A stretch of DNA of 64,000 bases from a bacterium (lineage in GTDB: Bacteria; UBA8248), in NCBI GenBank assembly GCA_965219955.1, contig OZ244799.1:1600001-1664000 (forward strand). The letters run 5' to 3'. The notes beneath the pieces are model-generated. The model was not told where the DNA came from. It saw nothing but the letters and a program-made list of their open reading frames with translations, and searched no databases. Numbering within the stretch: position 1 is the first letter of the stretch; the number at the start of each line of letters is the position of its first letter. Below are positions 10,235 through 20,403 of the stretch, one piece after another. A program made the position numbers and the translations under genes.

Positions 10235-10744
10235 TCAGGGGGATTCCACCTGAAACTTCTCGACCCAGAAATCTCCCGCGGGGAGACCGGACAGCAGTCC
10301 GGAAACGGATTTCTTGAGGACGGGATGAACGAAGCCGGGCGCGATTTCGGCCAGGGGCGCGAGGACGAAGCGCCTCTCGTGCAACCGGGGATGCGGCACT
10401 TCCAGGCCCTGCTCCTCGATGGCTTCTTCTCCATAGAAGAGCAAATCCAGGTCGATCACCCGGGGCCCCCACCGCTCTTTTCGGACGCGGCCCATTTTCT
10501 GCTCGATTTCCAGGAGGAGCGCGAGCAACTCCCTGGGGCTCACGCTGCATTCGAGGGCGAAAACGGCGTTGATGAAGGGAGGCTGCTCAACGGGCCCCAC
10601 AGGCTGTGTGCGGTAGAGGGACGATGCGCCGAGAAATTCTATGCCCGGGCTTTTTTGCAACGCATCCTGCGCCTGCTGAATCTGGCGAACCGGCTCGCCG
10701 AGGTTCGCGCCCGCGCCGATGAAGGCGCGCGCTTTATTGCTCAA
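10235..10744 (-). CDS. folK: 2-amino-4-hydroxy-6-hydroxymethyldihydropteridine diphosphokinase
   Basis: [43 protein letters not shown] motifs. Confidence 0.97.
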   Translation of the reverse strand: MSNKARAFIGAGANLGEPVRQIQQAQDALQKSPGIEFLGASSLYRTQPVGPVEQPPFINAVFALECSVSPRELLALLLEIEQKMGRVRKERWGPRVIDLDLLFYGEEAIEEQGLEVPHPRLHERRFVLAPLAEIAPGFVHPVLKKSVSGLLSGLPAGDFWVEKFQVESP

Positions 10745-11916
10745 AAGCCCGCCTTCTCGATTCTCTCGAGCGCTTCGGTGAGCCTGGCTTCGGGAACCGT
10801 CAGGGCGAAACGGATGTATCCCTCGCCGGAGGGGCCGAAACCGTTCCCCGGCGTGGTGACGACGCCGCAGTTTCTCAAAACGTGCGCCGTGAACTCACTC
10901 GAGGTGAAGCCCTCGGGGCACCGCACCCAGACGTAGAACGTGGCCTTGGGCGTATTCGCCTGAAGGCCCAGTTTTTTCAGGCCCTCCATCACGACGTCTC
11001 TTCTCCCCTGGTACATCTTGCGCATTTCGGCCACGCAGGTCTGGTCCGCGCTCATCGCCTTGATGCCCGCTTCCTGCACCGCGCCGAACACGCCCGAGTC
11101 CACGTTCGTCTTGATGGCGCCGAGGCCCGCGAGGACCTCCGCGTTCCCCACGGCGCTCGCGATGCGCCAGCCCGTCATGTTGTAGGTCTTCGAGCACGAG
11201 TGGAACTCGACGCCCACGTCCTTCGCGCCCTCCGCGTTCAGGAAGCTGATGGGCTCGTAGCCGTCAAAAGCCATCTCGGAGTAGGCGTTGTCGCTGCAGA
11301 CGATGATGTCATACGAGCGGGCGAACTCGACGAGCTCGTTGTAGAAATCCACTTCCGCGCAGGCGGCGGTGGGGTTGTTCGGATAGTTGATGAACATGAG
11401 TTTGGTGTTTTTCGCCACGTCCGTGGGAATCGCGCCCAGATCAGGCAGGAAATCGTTCTCCGCGGTCAGCGGCATGAAATGCACCTGCCCGTCCGCGAAA
11501 TAGGTGCCGATCTCGTAGACGGGATAGGCCGGGTCCGGCACGAGCACGTGGTCGCCCGGGTCCACGAACGCCAGCGGAATATGGGCGATGCCCTCTTTCG
11601 AGCCGATCAGGGAGATAACCTCCGAAGCCGGGTCGAGCGCGACCCCGAAGCGCGAGCCGTACCAGTCGGCCACGGCCTTCCGGTAGGACGGCATGCCCTC
11701 GTAGGAGGGATACTGGTGGTTCGTGAGCTTGCGCGAGGCCACGTCGAGTTCTTCGATGATGTGCCCGGGCGTCGGCAAATCCGGGTCGCCTATCCCCAGG
11801 CTGATGATGTCCATGCCCGAATCGGCGACTTCCGCCTTCATCCGGTCGATTTCCGCGAAGAGATAGGGAGGCAGGCGCTTGAGCCTGTGCGCGCGTTCGA
11901 TGTTGATAGACGCCAT
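10741..11916 (-). CDS. dapL: LL-diaminopimelate aminotransferase (class I/II PLP aminotransferase)
   Basis: [50 protein letters not shown] motifs; lysine-pathway context. Confidence 0.85.
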   Translation of the reverse strand: MASINIERAHRLKRLPPYLFAEIDRMKAEVADSGMDIISLGIGDPDLPTPGHIIEELDVASRKLTNHQYPSYEGMPSYRKAVADWYGSRFGVALDPASEVISLIGSKEGIAHIPLAFVDPGDHVLVPDPAYPVYEIGTYFADGQVHFMPLTAENDFLPDLGAIPTDVAKNTKLMFINYPNNPTAACAEVDFYNELVEFARSYDIIVCSDNAYSEMAFDGYEPISFLNAEGAKDVGVEFHSCSKTYNMTGWRIASAVGNAEVLAGLGAIKTNVDSGVFGAVQEAGIKAMSADQTCVAEMRKMYQGRRDVVMEGLKKLGLQANTPKATFYVWVRCPEGFTSSEFTAHVLRNCGVVTTPGNGFGPSGEGYIRFALTVPEARLTEALERIEKAGF

Positions 11917-12147
11917 GAAATTCCTCAAGAGTGATGTGGGACAGAAATTGATATATCCGTTAGAAATTATATTTCAGTCAGTTGCACGATTTTCCTGATG
12001 CAGTTTCTCGCAAGATGCGCGGTTATTCACACTCCATGAGCCGGAAACCTAGCACGGCTGGAATTGATCGGCAAGGTTGGGGGGTGGGGGATACTATTGA
12101 ATCTGGTCTATGGGCTGAATCGAGAAAGGTGGCGCATATCCGCTGCA

Positions 12148-12585
12148 ATGGGGTTGTGCAAAAGCCCGGTGAGGTCTGTAGCCGTCATTCCGGTATCGGA
12201 GCCGACCGCAGAGGAAGGGTTCGAGGAAATAACGAGCAAAACCGCACCGCCTCGCAGGGGGCTGTTGAAAAAGCCCGGAACTCTGGATTTGTCGTATGTA
12301 ACCGACCGACGAGAGAGAAAAATCACTCCCCCCTTGAGGGGGAGTCGAGGAAGCCGAGCGTTTTTTGCGAAGGCTGATGCGGTGGGGGGTAAAATGCGTT
12401 TTATCGCCATTCCGAATTATACCCCCCACCGAATCGCTTTCGGGCTTACGCCCTCAGCTCTTCGACTCCCCCTCAAGGGGGGAGTGGTTCCTTCTCTCTC
12501 ATTAGTTGCCTAAATTCTCAAAATCACGAAATCGGGGCTTTTGCAGCAACCCTCCCTGGCCGGCTCCGACACCGGAATGACGGCG
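12148..12585. repeat. Intergenic repeat mosaic 2 (nested inverted pairs)
   Basis: CGTCATTCCGG (12183) ... CCGGAATGACG (12582) encloses GGGCTGTTGAAAAA ... TTTTGCAGCAACCC, which encloses a 169-bp palindromic element 12321-12489 (ATCACTCCCCCCTTGAGGGGGAGTCG...CGACTCCCCCTCAAGGGGGGAGTGGT). Confidence 0.9.
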
Positions 12586-12777
12586 GAGAACAAGCCACGG
12601 ACGGGCGCGATCTTCGCCTCCCCGCCATATTTCGCCCCCCTGCCCCAAAAACCTCACCCAATCCCCTCCCGTATATTGTATTCCCCCGAAAAAAAGTGCT
12701 AACATCCCCGCGTTCGAAATCGCGCCTGCGAAGTGCGCAATCATTTGCCCGGACTCTAGCTTGAGGAGCGCATTCCG

Positions 12778-13743
12778 ATGACCCACGTCATCGCGGAACC
12801 ATGTGTCGACACCAAGGACACCGCATGCGTCGACGTATGCCCGGTCGACTGCATCCATGAGGCGGCGGACGGCAGCAGCCCGATGCTCTACATCGACCCG
12901 GTCGAGTGCATCGACTGCGCGGCCTGCGTGCCGGCCTGCCCGGTGGACGCCATTTTCGAGGAAAGCGACCTGCCCTCCCAGTGGTCGAAATACACCCAGA
13001 TAAACGCGGATTTCTTCGCCGGCGGAGGTGCTGCGGCGCCTGCGGCGGCAGCCGCGGGCGGCGGAGCGGCGGCGGCCGCACCGGCGAAAAAAGAGCCCGA
13101 ACCCGAGCCGCTGCCGGAGCCTCTGAAACTCACGGTTGAGGAGATGTACAAGGAACTCTCCGAGATCAGAGAAGACGTGGCCACCAACCGGGGCAGGGAA
13201 GAAGAGGGAAAATCGACGAAGCGCTCCCCCACCCTCATTTTCCTGGCCGCGGCGGTGATACTGCTCATGGTCTACGGCATCTCGAACAACTTTTCGAAAT
13301 CCGTGAACACCAGCCTCTACGGGAAACTGAGCGCCTTCGCCCTGGGGGACAGGAAACCGACGCTCTCGGGCAGCGTCTATTCGGTCAACCAGACGATCGG
13401 CGGCAAGAGATATACGCTCGAGGTGTCCGATTCGATATTCGGCGGGCGAACGCTCAGGCTCCAGGCCCCGACCGGGCCGATTCAGAAGATATACCACAAG
13501 GACGAGAAATTCTTCGGAAACGTCGCGAACCAGTACAGCCGCTACTACTACATGTTCGTCGACGACAAGAGCGACGGCACAGTCGATTCCATCCTCCAGG
13601 TCCGGGAACTCTGGAGCAAGGAGAACCGCTTCCTGGGCCGGTACCACAACCCGATTCAGCCCAGTCCCGAACTGCAGAAATCCTACCAGGAGGCGGCGCA
13701 AACGCTCGCCAAGCAATTCGGCATCGCCGAATCCGGCGCGTAG
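12778..13743 (+). CDS. FdxA-type (7Fe) ferredoxin fused via an Ala/Pro linker and a TM helix to an unknown C-terminal domain
   Basis: N-terminal 80 aa: C-x7-C-x3-CP, CIDCAACVPACP and the INADFF tail of Azotobacter-type ferredoxins. Then AGGGAAAPAAAA...PEPEP, a TM helix (LIFLAAAVILLMVYGI) and ~150 soluble residues. GAGGAG RBS. Confidence 0.85.
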   Translation: MTHVIAEPCVDTKDTACVDVCPVDCIHEAADGSSPMLYIDPVECIDCAACVPACPVDAIFEESDLPSQWSKYTQINADFFAGGGAAAPAAAAAGGGAAAAAPAKKEPEPEPLPEPLKLTVEEMYKELSEIREDVATNRGREEEGKSTKRSPTLIFLAAAVILLMVYGISNNFSKSVNTSLYGKLSAFALGDRKPTLSGSVYSVNQTIGGKRYTLEVSDSIFGGRTLRLQAPTGPIQKIYHKDEKFFGNVANQYSRYYYMFVDDKSDGTVDSILQVRELWSKENRFLGRYHNPIQPSPELQKSYQEAAQTLAKQFGIAESGA

Positions 13744-14497
13744 GGCGGGGGTAGGCCTTACGCCGCTGTAGGGGTCTGTTGAAAAAATCCTTCTCGCTCG
13801 GAATTATCCACCGCCGTCATTCCGGCGAAAGCCGGAATCCATTTTGACTTCGCCTTTCGTCTCTGGCACATCCTCATCCCGCACGTCGTTTTGGTTGTAA
13901 GCCTGGTGTAGGAGCCGCATATGGGCCTCTTGAAAAAAACCTCGCATCTCCCTCATCCTCAGTAGCGGCCCCTCGACTTCGCTCGGGGCAGGCTCCGCCG
14001 TTCCCCGACACTCCTCATCCTGAGTAGGCGCGAAAGCGCCGTATCGAAGGATGCCTTTTCGCCACAGCACGCTCCCCTCGCCCTTCGATACGCCGCCTTC
14101 GGCGGCTACTCAGGGTGAGGAAAGAGGCGTTGGTGGTTTCCAAGGGCTCGTGGACGCATCCAGGGCTTTTTCAACACCCCTACAAGTCCATTTCAACCAA
14201 GGCGGGAGGGAATGCCGGAATCCGGGGGTTTCCGCTTTCGCCGGAATGACGGCGGTGGTGAATTACGACCTGTAGGGACAACTCCCTGTGGTTGTCCTTT
14301 CCAGGAGCCACGGACAGGCACGGAGGCCTGTCCCTACAGCAGCCTCCATCGGGATTTGCAGGTTCCCGTAGGGGTCAGACATATATGTCTGACTGCGTGT
14401 CCACCCTGCCCCCGCAAAACGAAAAACGGGCGGACACGCGGGTCCGCCCCTACGGTGAATTTCCGATCTAACGGCAAAGGGTTTTCAACATCCCCTA
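13740..14497. repeat. Intergenic repeat mosaic 3
   Basis: Outer TGTTGAAAAA/TTTTCAACA pair; CGTCATTCCGGCGAAAGCCGGAATCCA (13815) with inverted partner ending 14251; CTCATCCTGAGTAG...CTACTCAGGGTGAG module (~13951-14125); GTAG doublets 14272-14337 and 14368-14453. Confidence 0.9.
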
Positions 14498-14528
14498 GCT
14501 TGGGGTCAGGGCTTACCACATCAAAAAA

Positions 14529-15050
14529 TCAAAAATCCACCTTGTCGGCCTCGTCGGTTTCCGGGAAGGGACCCTCCTTGATCTCGATGGCCTTCGTGCC
14601 CGCCTCCAGGAACTCGATGCGGTGCCCCTCGTACATGAGAATCAGGTCGCCGGGCGCGAGATCCACGTCGGCGGCGTGGTCGCCCTCTTTGGCGTAGACG
14701 CCGATCCGCATCCGGCCCGAGCGGCAGATCATGATCTGGTGGCGCGTCGTGTTGGCGGGGCGCTCCGTCACCTCGTGGTAGTGGGGGTTCACGACGGCGC
14801 CGGGGTTTCGGTTCAGCATGACGATCTGGAGCGGGTTTTCGTCCGGCGTCATGTGGGCCTTGGTCCTCCGCTCGGTTTCGGGGTCGGCGCCGGCGTAGGC
14901 TTCCGCCAGATGGGCGCGCTCTTCTTCCGAGTCGAGATAAGGCGGGAAGGCGGCGTAGTCGTCAAAATTGTTCCTGATGACCTGCGCCAGCGTTCTCCCG
15001 TCGGCAGCCTTCACGTATTCGACGCCCGCCGCTTCGATTTCCCCAGCCAT
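14529..15050 (-). CDS. Cupin-fold protein of unknown function
   Basis: PHYH...HQIMICRSGRM...LAPGDLILMYEGH...EIKEGP resembles the two-part cupin metal motif. Confidence 0.65.
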   Translation of the reverse strand: MAGEIEAAGVEYVKAADGRTLAQVIRNNFDDYAAFPPYLDSEEERAHLAEAYAGADPETERRTKAHMTPDENPLQIVMLNRNPGAVVNPHYHEVTERPANTTRHQIMICRSGRMRIGVYAKEGDHAADVDLAPGDLILMYEGHRIEFLEAGTKAIEIKEGPFPETDEADKVDF

Positions 15051-15094
15051 CCGTTATCTCCTCACGATGTCGTTGGATACGCAGATTACAAGTA

Positions 15095-15892
15095 TCAAAG
15101 CCCCAGCACGTCCGCCATGCCGTAGACCCCGGGGGATTTATCCGCCACCCAGCGGACCGCGCGCACGGCGCCAGCCGCGAAATTGTCCCGGCTGCCCGCG
15201 CGGTGGGTAATCTCCACCCGCTCGCCCATCCCGAAGAAATAGACGGTGTGCTCGCCGGGAACGTCGCCGCCGCGCAGGGTCTGCATGCCGATGACGCCCT
15301 CGGGACGTATTCCAGTCTGGCCTTCGCGGTGAAACACCGCGTCTTCGGGATATTGCTTGCCCGTCACACGGGCCAGTATCTCGCCCATGCGCACCGCCGT
15401 TCCCGAGGGGGCGTCTATTTTCTGGTTGTGGTGCGTTTCGATGACCTCGATGTCGTAGGCGTCGCCCAGGAGCCGGGCGGCCTCTTCTATCAGGCGAAAG
15501 GAGACGTTCACCCCCACGCTCATGTTCGGCGCCAGGACGCAGGCGATTTTGTCGCCGAAGCCGGCAATCTCCTCGCGCTGGGCGTCCGAGAATCCCGTGG
15601 TGCCGATGACGGCCGCCATCCCCTTCCCGGCCGCCAGGCGCGCATGGGCGACGCTGGCTTCGGGGATCGCGAAGGAGACCAGCACGTCGCCGCTCAAGGC
15701 GGAGGAATCACTGGTGAGCGCGACGCCCATATCCCCGCAGCCTGCGTGAGCGCCCGCATCCCCGCCCAAACCCTCGAACCCTTCGCGTTCGAGCGCGCCC
15801 GAGAGGGTGAGATCGTCCGATGAGGCGATTTGGTGGATAATGCGGCCCCCCATCCTGCCGCCGGCTCCGGCCACGACGATTCGTATCGACAC
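15095..15892 (-). CDS. dapB: 4-hydroxy-tetrahydrodipicolinate reductase
   Basis: GAGGRMG, VIGTTG, APNMSVGVN, ETHHNQKIDAPSGTA motifs. Confidence 0.97.
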   Translation of the reverse strand: MSIRIVVAGAGGRMGGRIIHQIASSDDLTLSGALEREGFEGLGGDAGAHAGCGDMGVALTSDSSALSGDVLVSFAIPEASVAHARLAAGKGMAAVIGTTGFSDAQREEIAGFGDKIACVLAPNMSVGVNVSFRLIEEAARLLGDAYDIEVIETHHNQKIDAPSGTAVRMGEILARVTGKQYPEDAVFHREGQTGIRPEGVIGMQTLRGGDVPGEHTVYFFGMGERVEITHRAGSRDNFAAGAVRAVRWVADKSPGVYGMADVLGL

Positions 15893-15969
15893 GGGGTTCC
15901 CCTTCCCTGATAATGAAAATTCAACAAGTCATTGATTGTAAAGTATTATACGCGCATCGCCCGAAAGTG

Positions 15970-15997
15970 GGAACCTCGGGGCGTCATAAGGGGTGAA
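15970..15997 (+). promoter_or_regulatory. Possible ECF-sigma (autoregulatory) promoter
   Basis: GGAACC-N17-GTGAA upstream of the ECF sigma gene; resembles the RpoE-type GGAAC -35 element. Pattern match only. Confidence 0.35.
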
Positions 15998-16061
15998 GGG
16001 AGAAGAAATGTGAAAAACGCCCGCATTCTGACAGCATATTTGATACGATAAGGCGACAAGG

Positions 16062-16685
16062 ATGTTCACTCTGGCGATACCGGCTTGGGGATTTGGACTT
16101 TTGGAAGTCCCGCACGAAGAACTCGACGAGTCGTCCTGGATCAAACGCTGCCAGAACGGCGACAAGGACGCTTTCGAGCCCCTAGTTCGTCAAAACGCCG
16201 GAAAAATCCAGCGCCTCGTGTGGGGAATGCTCGGTGAACGCAGGGAAGACACCGACGACATCGTTCAGGAGATATTCATCAAGGCCTATATCGCCCTGCC
16301 CAGATTCCGGGGAGACGCCAGGTTTTCCACCTGGGTCTACCGGATCGCGGTCAACCATTGCCGCGATTACCTGAAGCGCGGGGGGCCGCTGCCGCTGGAA
16401 CTCAGCGAAGAGCAAATCGCCGCCGAACCCGCGCCGGAAGACAAGGAAGGGCAGGACAAATTGCGGGAGGTGCAGGAAAAGCGCGCGAGCGATGAGCTCC
16501 AGAAACTCCTGGCGCAATTGCCGGAGAAACATCGCCGCATCCTGGTGATGCGCGAACTCGAAGGAATGAGTTACGATGAAATAGCGGAAGTGCTCGAGAT
16601 CAGGCCCGGCACGGTGCGCTCGAGACTCAACCGCGCCCGCGCGGGCATTCTGCGCGTGGCCGAGAGCGTCCGGGAGGCGAAGTGA
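16062..16685 (+). CDS. ECF (sigma-24/RpoE-like) sigma factor
   Basis: DDIVQEIFIKAY...FSTWVYRIAVNHCRD (region 2) and GMSYDEIAEVLEIRPGTVRSRLNRAR (region 4). Confidence 0.95.
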   Translation: MFTLAIPAWGFGLLEVPHEELDESSWIKRCQNGDKDAFEPLVRQNAGKIQRLVWGMLGERREDTDDIVQEIFIKAYIALPRFRGDARFSTWVYRIAVNHCRDYLKRGGPLPLELSEEQIAAEPAPEDKEGQDKLREVQEKRASDELQKLLAQLPEKHRRILVMRELEGMSYDEIAEVLEIRPGTVRSRLNRARAGILRVAESVREAK

Positions 16686-17140
16686 TGCGCTGGTGGGAAA
16701 ACATTTTTAACCGGAATCGAAGTGCGGGGGACTGGGACGCTCCCCGGCCTGAAAACGAGACGGTCGCGGAGCTCAAGGCCCTCTTCGAGGCCGCGCGCGA
16801 GGATGCGCCCGCACCCGACGATAAACTCTGGGAAAAGCTGCACCCCCGGCTCGCCGCCCATGAAGGGCGGGCCCGGAACGGCTTCTCCTTCACCGCGGCG
16901 CTGGCCGCGACGGGGCCGAGATTCGCGGCGGCCGCCCTGGGCGTCCTGCTTATCGTTGCGGGCCTTTTCTGGAGCCAAAGCGCCGAGAGGCAGGCGCGCA
17001 TTCTGGAGCGTCAGGCAGCATTGGCGCTCTATACAGACAGAAATCCCCTGAACCCCACGATGTTGATCAGCAACGCGCTCGAAGCGCAAACAGGCATGGA
17101 ACTGCTTCAATACGCCGTCCACGCCGGGCCTGAGCGTTAG
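16682..17140 (+). CDS. Putative single-TM anti-sigma factor
   Basis: Overlaps the sigma stop (GTGA/ATG); one TM helix (FAAAALGVLLIVAGLFW). Function is a positional inference. Confidence 0.6.
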   Translation: MMRWWENIFNRNRSAGDWDAPRPENETVAELKALFEAAREDAPAPDDKLWEKLHPRLAAHEGRARNGFSFTAALAATGPRFAAAALGVLLIVAGLFWSQSAERQARILERQAALALYTDRNPLNPTMLISNALEAQTGMELLQYAVHAGPER

Positions 17141-17157
17141 GCAGAGAGATTGAGACG

Positions 17158-17763
17158 ATGAAAACCTGGTTCACGAAAGAATTCCTGAAGGCGTCGGCGG
17201 TGCTGTTGATCGTGTTCCTGGCGGGCGCAGGCGCCGGCTATGTCGGCGGACACAAATACGCGGAATACAAGCTCCACAAGGACTTCATGTCCCGCGCCTT
17301 CGAGTCCCGCATCCAAGCCGCAGAACCCTCGGCGACCGTCAGTTCCGGGACAGAAGGCCTGATGCGCGCAGCGCGCTCGCCCCGCCTCAAATCTACTGAA
17401 GACCCGGAGCGCAAGGCCCGCTCCCTCCGCGCCAAAAGCGAGAGGCGCCGCTCCAGAGGCGAGAGGCGTTTCATGCGCCGGCTGGAGCGGGATTTGAACC
17501 TGAACCCCGCGCAGCGAACAAGCGTGGACCGCGCACTCGAGCGCCACTATGCGCGAATCCGCGACATCAGACGCAGCATGAGACCGCAGATCAACTCCAT
17601 CATGCAGGAAATACGCAAGGACGTGCGCTCTTTCCTGGACGATGAGCAAAAAACGTCTTTCGACGAAATGGTGAAAAAATTCGAGGAAAGACGAAAACGC
17701 AGATGGCGGAAGTACAGAAAGCACCGCCCAGACGACCCGGCCGGTCAGTCGAAGAAGCAGTAA
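17158..17763 (+). CDS. Membrane-anchored Spy/CpxP (LTXXQ-like) helical protein
   Basis: N-terminal TM; LERDLNLNPAQR and FLDDEQK LTxxQ-like motifs. Confidence 0.7.
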   Translation: MKTWFTKEFLKASAVLLIVFLAGAGAGYVGGHKYAEYKLHKDFMSRAFESRIQAAEPSATVSSGTEGLMRAARSPRLKSTEDPERKARSLRAKSERRRSRGERRFMRRLERDLNLNPAQRTSVDRALERHYARIRDIRRSMRPQINSIMQEIRKDVRSFLDDEQKTSFDEMVKKFEERRKRRWRKYRKHRPDDPAGQSKKQ

Positions 17764-17829
17764 TTCCCTGCAGCAAACGCAATGCCGCCGCAACATGAAG
17801 CACGAACGCCACACCGGAGGAATTTGATT

Positions 17830-18459
17830 ATGAAACGTCAAAAGCACCGCATTCTCTCGACAGCCGTCGTTGCCGCCGCGTTGAGCCTCGGTCTCGCCGG
17901 CGCAGCCCAGGCCCAGGTGGGCCCGCACGGCCCGCATTCGATGCCGCAAGTCATCGAAATGCCGCAAATGATCGAAAAAATGATGAAAGAAGCGCATCTC
18001 GGCCGGCCCGGCGGCTGGGGACGCCGCGGAATGCGCGGTCCGCTCCCCTACTCGGCGCGCCCGCTGGTCTCCATCGCGCTCAGGAACCACGAAGAGCTCA
18101 AGCTCACCGACGAGCAGGTGAAGCGCCTCAAGGACATCAGAGACGCGTTCTCCAAGAAGGCGGTGAAAGAACGCGCCGATATGAAGGCCCTCAGAATCGA
18201 CCTCAGACGCGCGCTCGACGCCGATAAAGTCGACCTCGCCGACGTGGAGAAGAAAATCCGCGAGATTTCGACGATGCGCGTCGATTTGAGGGTTGCGCGC
18301 CTCAAGGCGATCCAGGAGGGGAAATCCGTCCTGAACGACGACCAGCAGAAGCAGCTTTCGAAAATCGCCCGGTCGCGGAAGCGTCACGGCTGGGGACCCA
18401 AATTCCATGAACAGATGTTCAAGGGCCGAGACTCCGGGAAACAGTCCCAGACTTACTAG
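17830..18459 (+). CDS. Periplasmic Spy/CpxP/ZraP-family protein
   Basis: Signal peptide ending AQA; His/Met/Gly-rich N-region; LKLTDEQ and VLNDDQQ motifs; GGAGG RBS. Confidence 0.85.
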   Translation: MKRQKHRILSTAVVAAALSLGLAGAAQAQVGPHGPHSMPQVIEMPQMIEKMMKEAHLGRPGGWGRRGMRGPLPYSARPLVSIALRNHEELKLTDEQVKRLKDIRDAFSKKAVKERADMKALRIDLRRALDADKVDLADVEKKIREISTMRVDLRVARLKAIQEGKSVLNDDQQKQLSKIARSRKRHGWGPKFHEQMFKGRDSGKQSQTY

Positions 18460-18472
18460 AACGTCCCGACGC

Positions 18473-18504
18473 CCCGGGGCATGGCGTGAAAACCATGTCC
18501 CGGG
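18473..18504 (+). terminator. Stem-loop after the Spy-like gene
   Basis: CCCGGGGCATGG-N8-CCATGTCCCGGG, 12-bp stem with one G-U pair; no U tract. Confidence 0.45.
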
Positions 18505-18531
18505 CCTGCGGGCCTGGCCGTTGGAGCCGCC

Positions 18532-18690
18532 ATGTGGATTTTGATGTATGAGATATACGCCGGTTACGATTTGCTCGATTTCGCCCTGGCGAGCGCCATC
18601 CTCATCGCATCGGGGATGGTGTGCGTTCTCCTGAGAGCACTCTGGCGGGATGGTTCACCCTACGCGGTTTCATCCGGGGGAGAAGGATAA
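18532..18690 (+). CDS. Small single-TM protein (52 aa), below the ORF-track cutoff
   Basis: GGAG RBS 5 nt before ATG; MWILMYEIYAGYDLLDFALASAILIASGMVCVLLRALWRDGSPYAVSSGGEG*. Confidence 0.5.
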   Translation: MWILMYEIYAGYDLLDFALASAILIASGMVCVLLRALWRDGSPYAVSSGGEG

Positions 18691-18705
18691 CGCAGCCCCC
18701 GGTTC

Positions 18706-19018
18706 GAAGGGGTTGTTGAAAAAGCCTTTTCAAAAGAGCAACCCCCCCTACCCCCCCTTGACAGGGTTGTTGAAAAACCCCAAGGAGAGAGGAATCACTC
18801 CCCCCTTGAGGGGGAGTCGATGAGCTAAGGGCGTAAGCCCGCAAGCGAATCGGTGGGGGGACATGCCACAGAAAAGCTCCCCCCACCGCATCAGCCTTCG
18901 CAAAAAACGCTCGGCTTCTGCGACTCCCCCTCAAGGGGGGAGTGATTTTTCTCTCTCGTCGGTTGCCTCAATTCCCAAAATCACTTCCCCAGGGCTTTTT
19001 CAACAGGCCCGTCAAGGG
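18706..19018. repeat. Intergenic repeat mosaic 4, left part (split by IS256)
   Basis: GGGTTGTTGAAAAA twice, CAACCCCCCCTACCCCCCCTTGACAGGG, palindromic element 18793-18947. Confidence 0.9.
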
Positions 19019-20403
19019 GAGTTACTGTCAAATGTTGTGTATGGCCGTCTTGAGTTCAGCGGCCTCCCTGCCGGTTTCTTTTTCATTCACCCCATTGATG
19101 AACCTCACGTCGGTGATCACGTCGGCCAGATGACCCAGGCCGCCCAGCCGCCCCCATCGCTTCTCGGCGCTCATGGCGAGTTGGTGAATCAGGCTCAGCG
19201 CCGTCTTCTCGCTCAGGCAGTTCCTCGTCTTCGCCGTTCGCAGCCGGATCGTGGCGAAGGTCGACTCGATCGGGTTCGTCGTCCGAAGACTCCGCCAGTG
19301 CGCCGCCGGGAAGTCGTAGAAGGCGAACAACTCCTCGCGGTCCCCCGCCAGGCACGCGGCGGCCTTGGGGTACTTCGCCTCCCAGGTGGCGAGAAAGCGT
19401 TCGAACGCCTTCTCCGCGTGCTCGCGGGTCTCCGCCCTCCACATCTCGTACAGCATCGGCCGCGCTTCGCGCTGAGCGCTTTTGGGCAGCTTGTCGAGAA
19501 CGTTCGCCGTCTTGTGCACCCAGCAGCGCTGCGCCCGGGTCTCGGGATACACCTCGGCCAGCGCCGACCACAACCCCAGACCCCCGTCGCCCACCGCCAG
19601 CTTCGCCGCCTTTACCCCCCGCTCCCGCAGGCCGAGCAGAACCGCCTTCCAGCTCTCCTTCGATTCACGGAACCCCGCCTCCAGGGCCAGGAAGCGCTTG
19701 CGGCCCCGCGCGTCGCAGCCCACGACCACCAGAAGACAGCGCCGCTCCCCGCTGCGCACGTTCACGTAGATGCCGTCCGCCCACAAGTACGCGAACTCCT
19801 CGCCGCCCCAGTCCCGCTCGCGCCACTGTAAGTACTCGCGCTCCCAGCCCTCCTTGAGACGCGAGACGCTCGCCGGGGACAAGCCCTTCACCGACTCGCC
19901 GAACAGCGCCGTGAGCGCCTCGCCGAAGTCGTTCGTCGATACCCCCTTCAGGTACAGCCACGGTATCACCGCCTCCACGCGCCGCGTCTTGCGCAGATAC
20001 GGCGGCAAAAGCTCCGAACGGAAACGCCGCCCCGCGCCCGACCTGTCCCGCGTCCGAGGAACTTGAACCCGCACCGGACCCACACCCGTCAATACCTCCC
20101 GAGAAGGCAGATACCCGTTGCGCACCACCGCGCGGCGGCCCTGCGCGTCATGGTCGCCCGCATGCTCTTCCAGATAAGCCGCCAACTCCGCTTCCACCGC
20201 CTGGCGGATGATTCGTCGCGCGCCCGCGCGCAACAGTTCGCTCAACTCGTCTCGTAAGGCTGGATTCCTCAAGGGAATCGTCGTATCTTCTCTCATGGTG
20301 GCGCATCTCCTTGTGCTGAATGACCGGGCTTTGGACAACCCTATTTCAGCAGGATGCGCCGCCTTCTTCAATTCAGCCCATACACAAGTTTTGAACGTAA
20401 CTC
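19019..20403 (-). mobile_element. Complete IS256-family insertion sequence (1385 bp)
   Basis: Imperfect 26-bp TIRs (GAGTTACTGTCAAATGTTGTGTATGG vs GAGTTACGTTCAAAACTTGTGTATGG, 22/26). 9-bp direct repeat CGTCAAGGG at 19010-19018 and 20404-20412. Confidence 0.95.
19028..20296 (-). CDS. IS256-family (Mutator-like) DDE transposase, 422 aa, apparently intact
   Basis: RNGY, VPRTRDR, YLKGVST, LWADG, VGDGGLG, QRCWVHK, TTNPIES motifs. Confidence 0.95.
   Translation of the reverse strand: MREDTTIPLRNPALRDELSELLRAGARRIIRQAVEAELAAYLEEHAGDHDAQGRRAVVRNGYLPSREVLTGVGPVRVQVPRTRDRSGAGRRFRSELLPPYLRKTRRVEAVIPWLYLKGVSTNDFGEALTALFGESVKGLSPASVSRLKEGWEREYLQWRERDWGGEEFAYLWADGIYVNVRSGERRCLLVVVGCDARGRKRFLALEAGFRESKESWKAVLLGLRERGVKAAKLAVGDGGLGLWSALAEVYPETRAQRCWVHKTANVLDKLPKSAQREARPMLYEMWRAETREHAEKAFERFLATWEAKYPKAAACLAGDREELFAFYDFPAAHWRSLRTTNPIESTFATIRLRTAKTRNCLSEKTALSLIHQLAMSAEKRWGRLGGLGHLADVITDVRFINGVNEKETGREAAELKTAIHNI

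Noticed and set aside
11982-12513. Short ORFs in repeat mosaics (recurring TPPTPPCQGG, GTGLRACP, HSPLEGES peptides here and in the other mosaics)
   Set aside because: They are translations of the palindromic repeats, with no RBS or coding signature.
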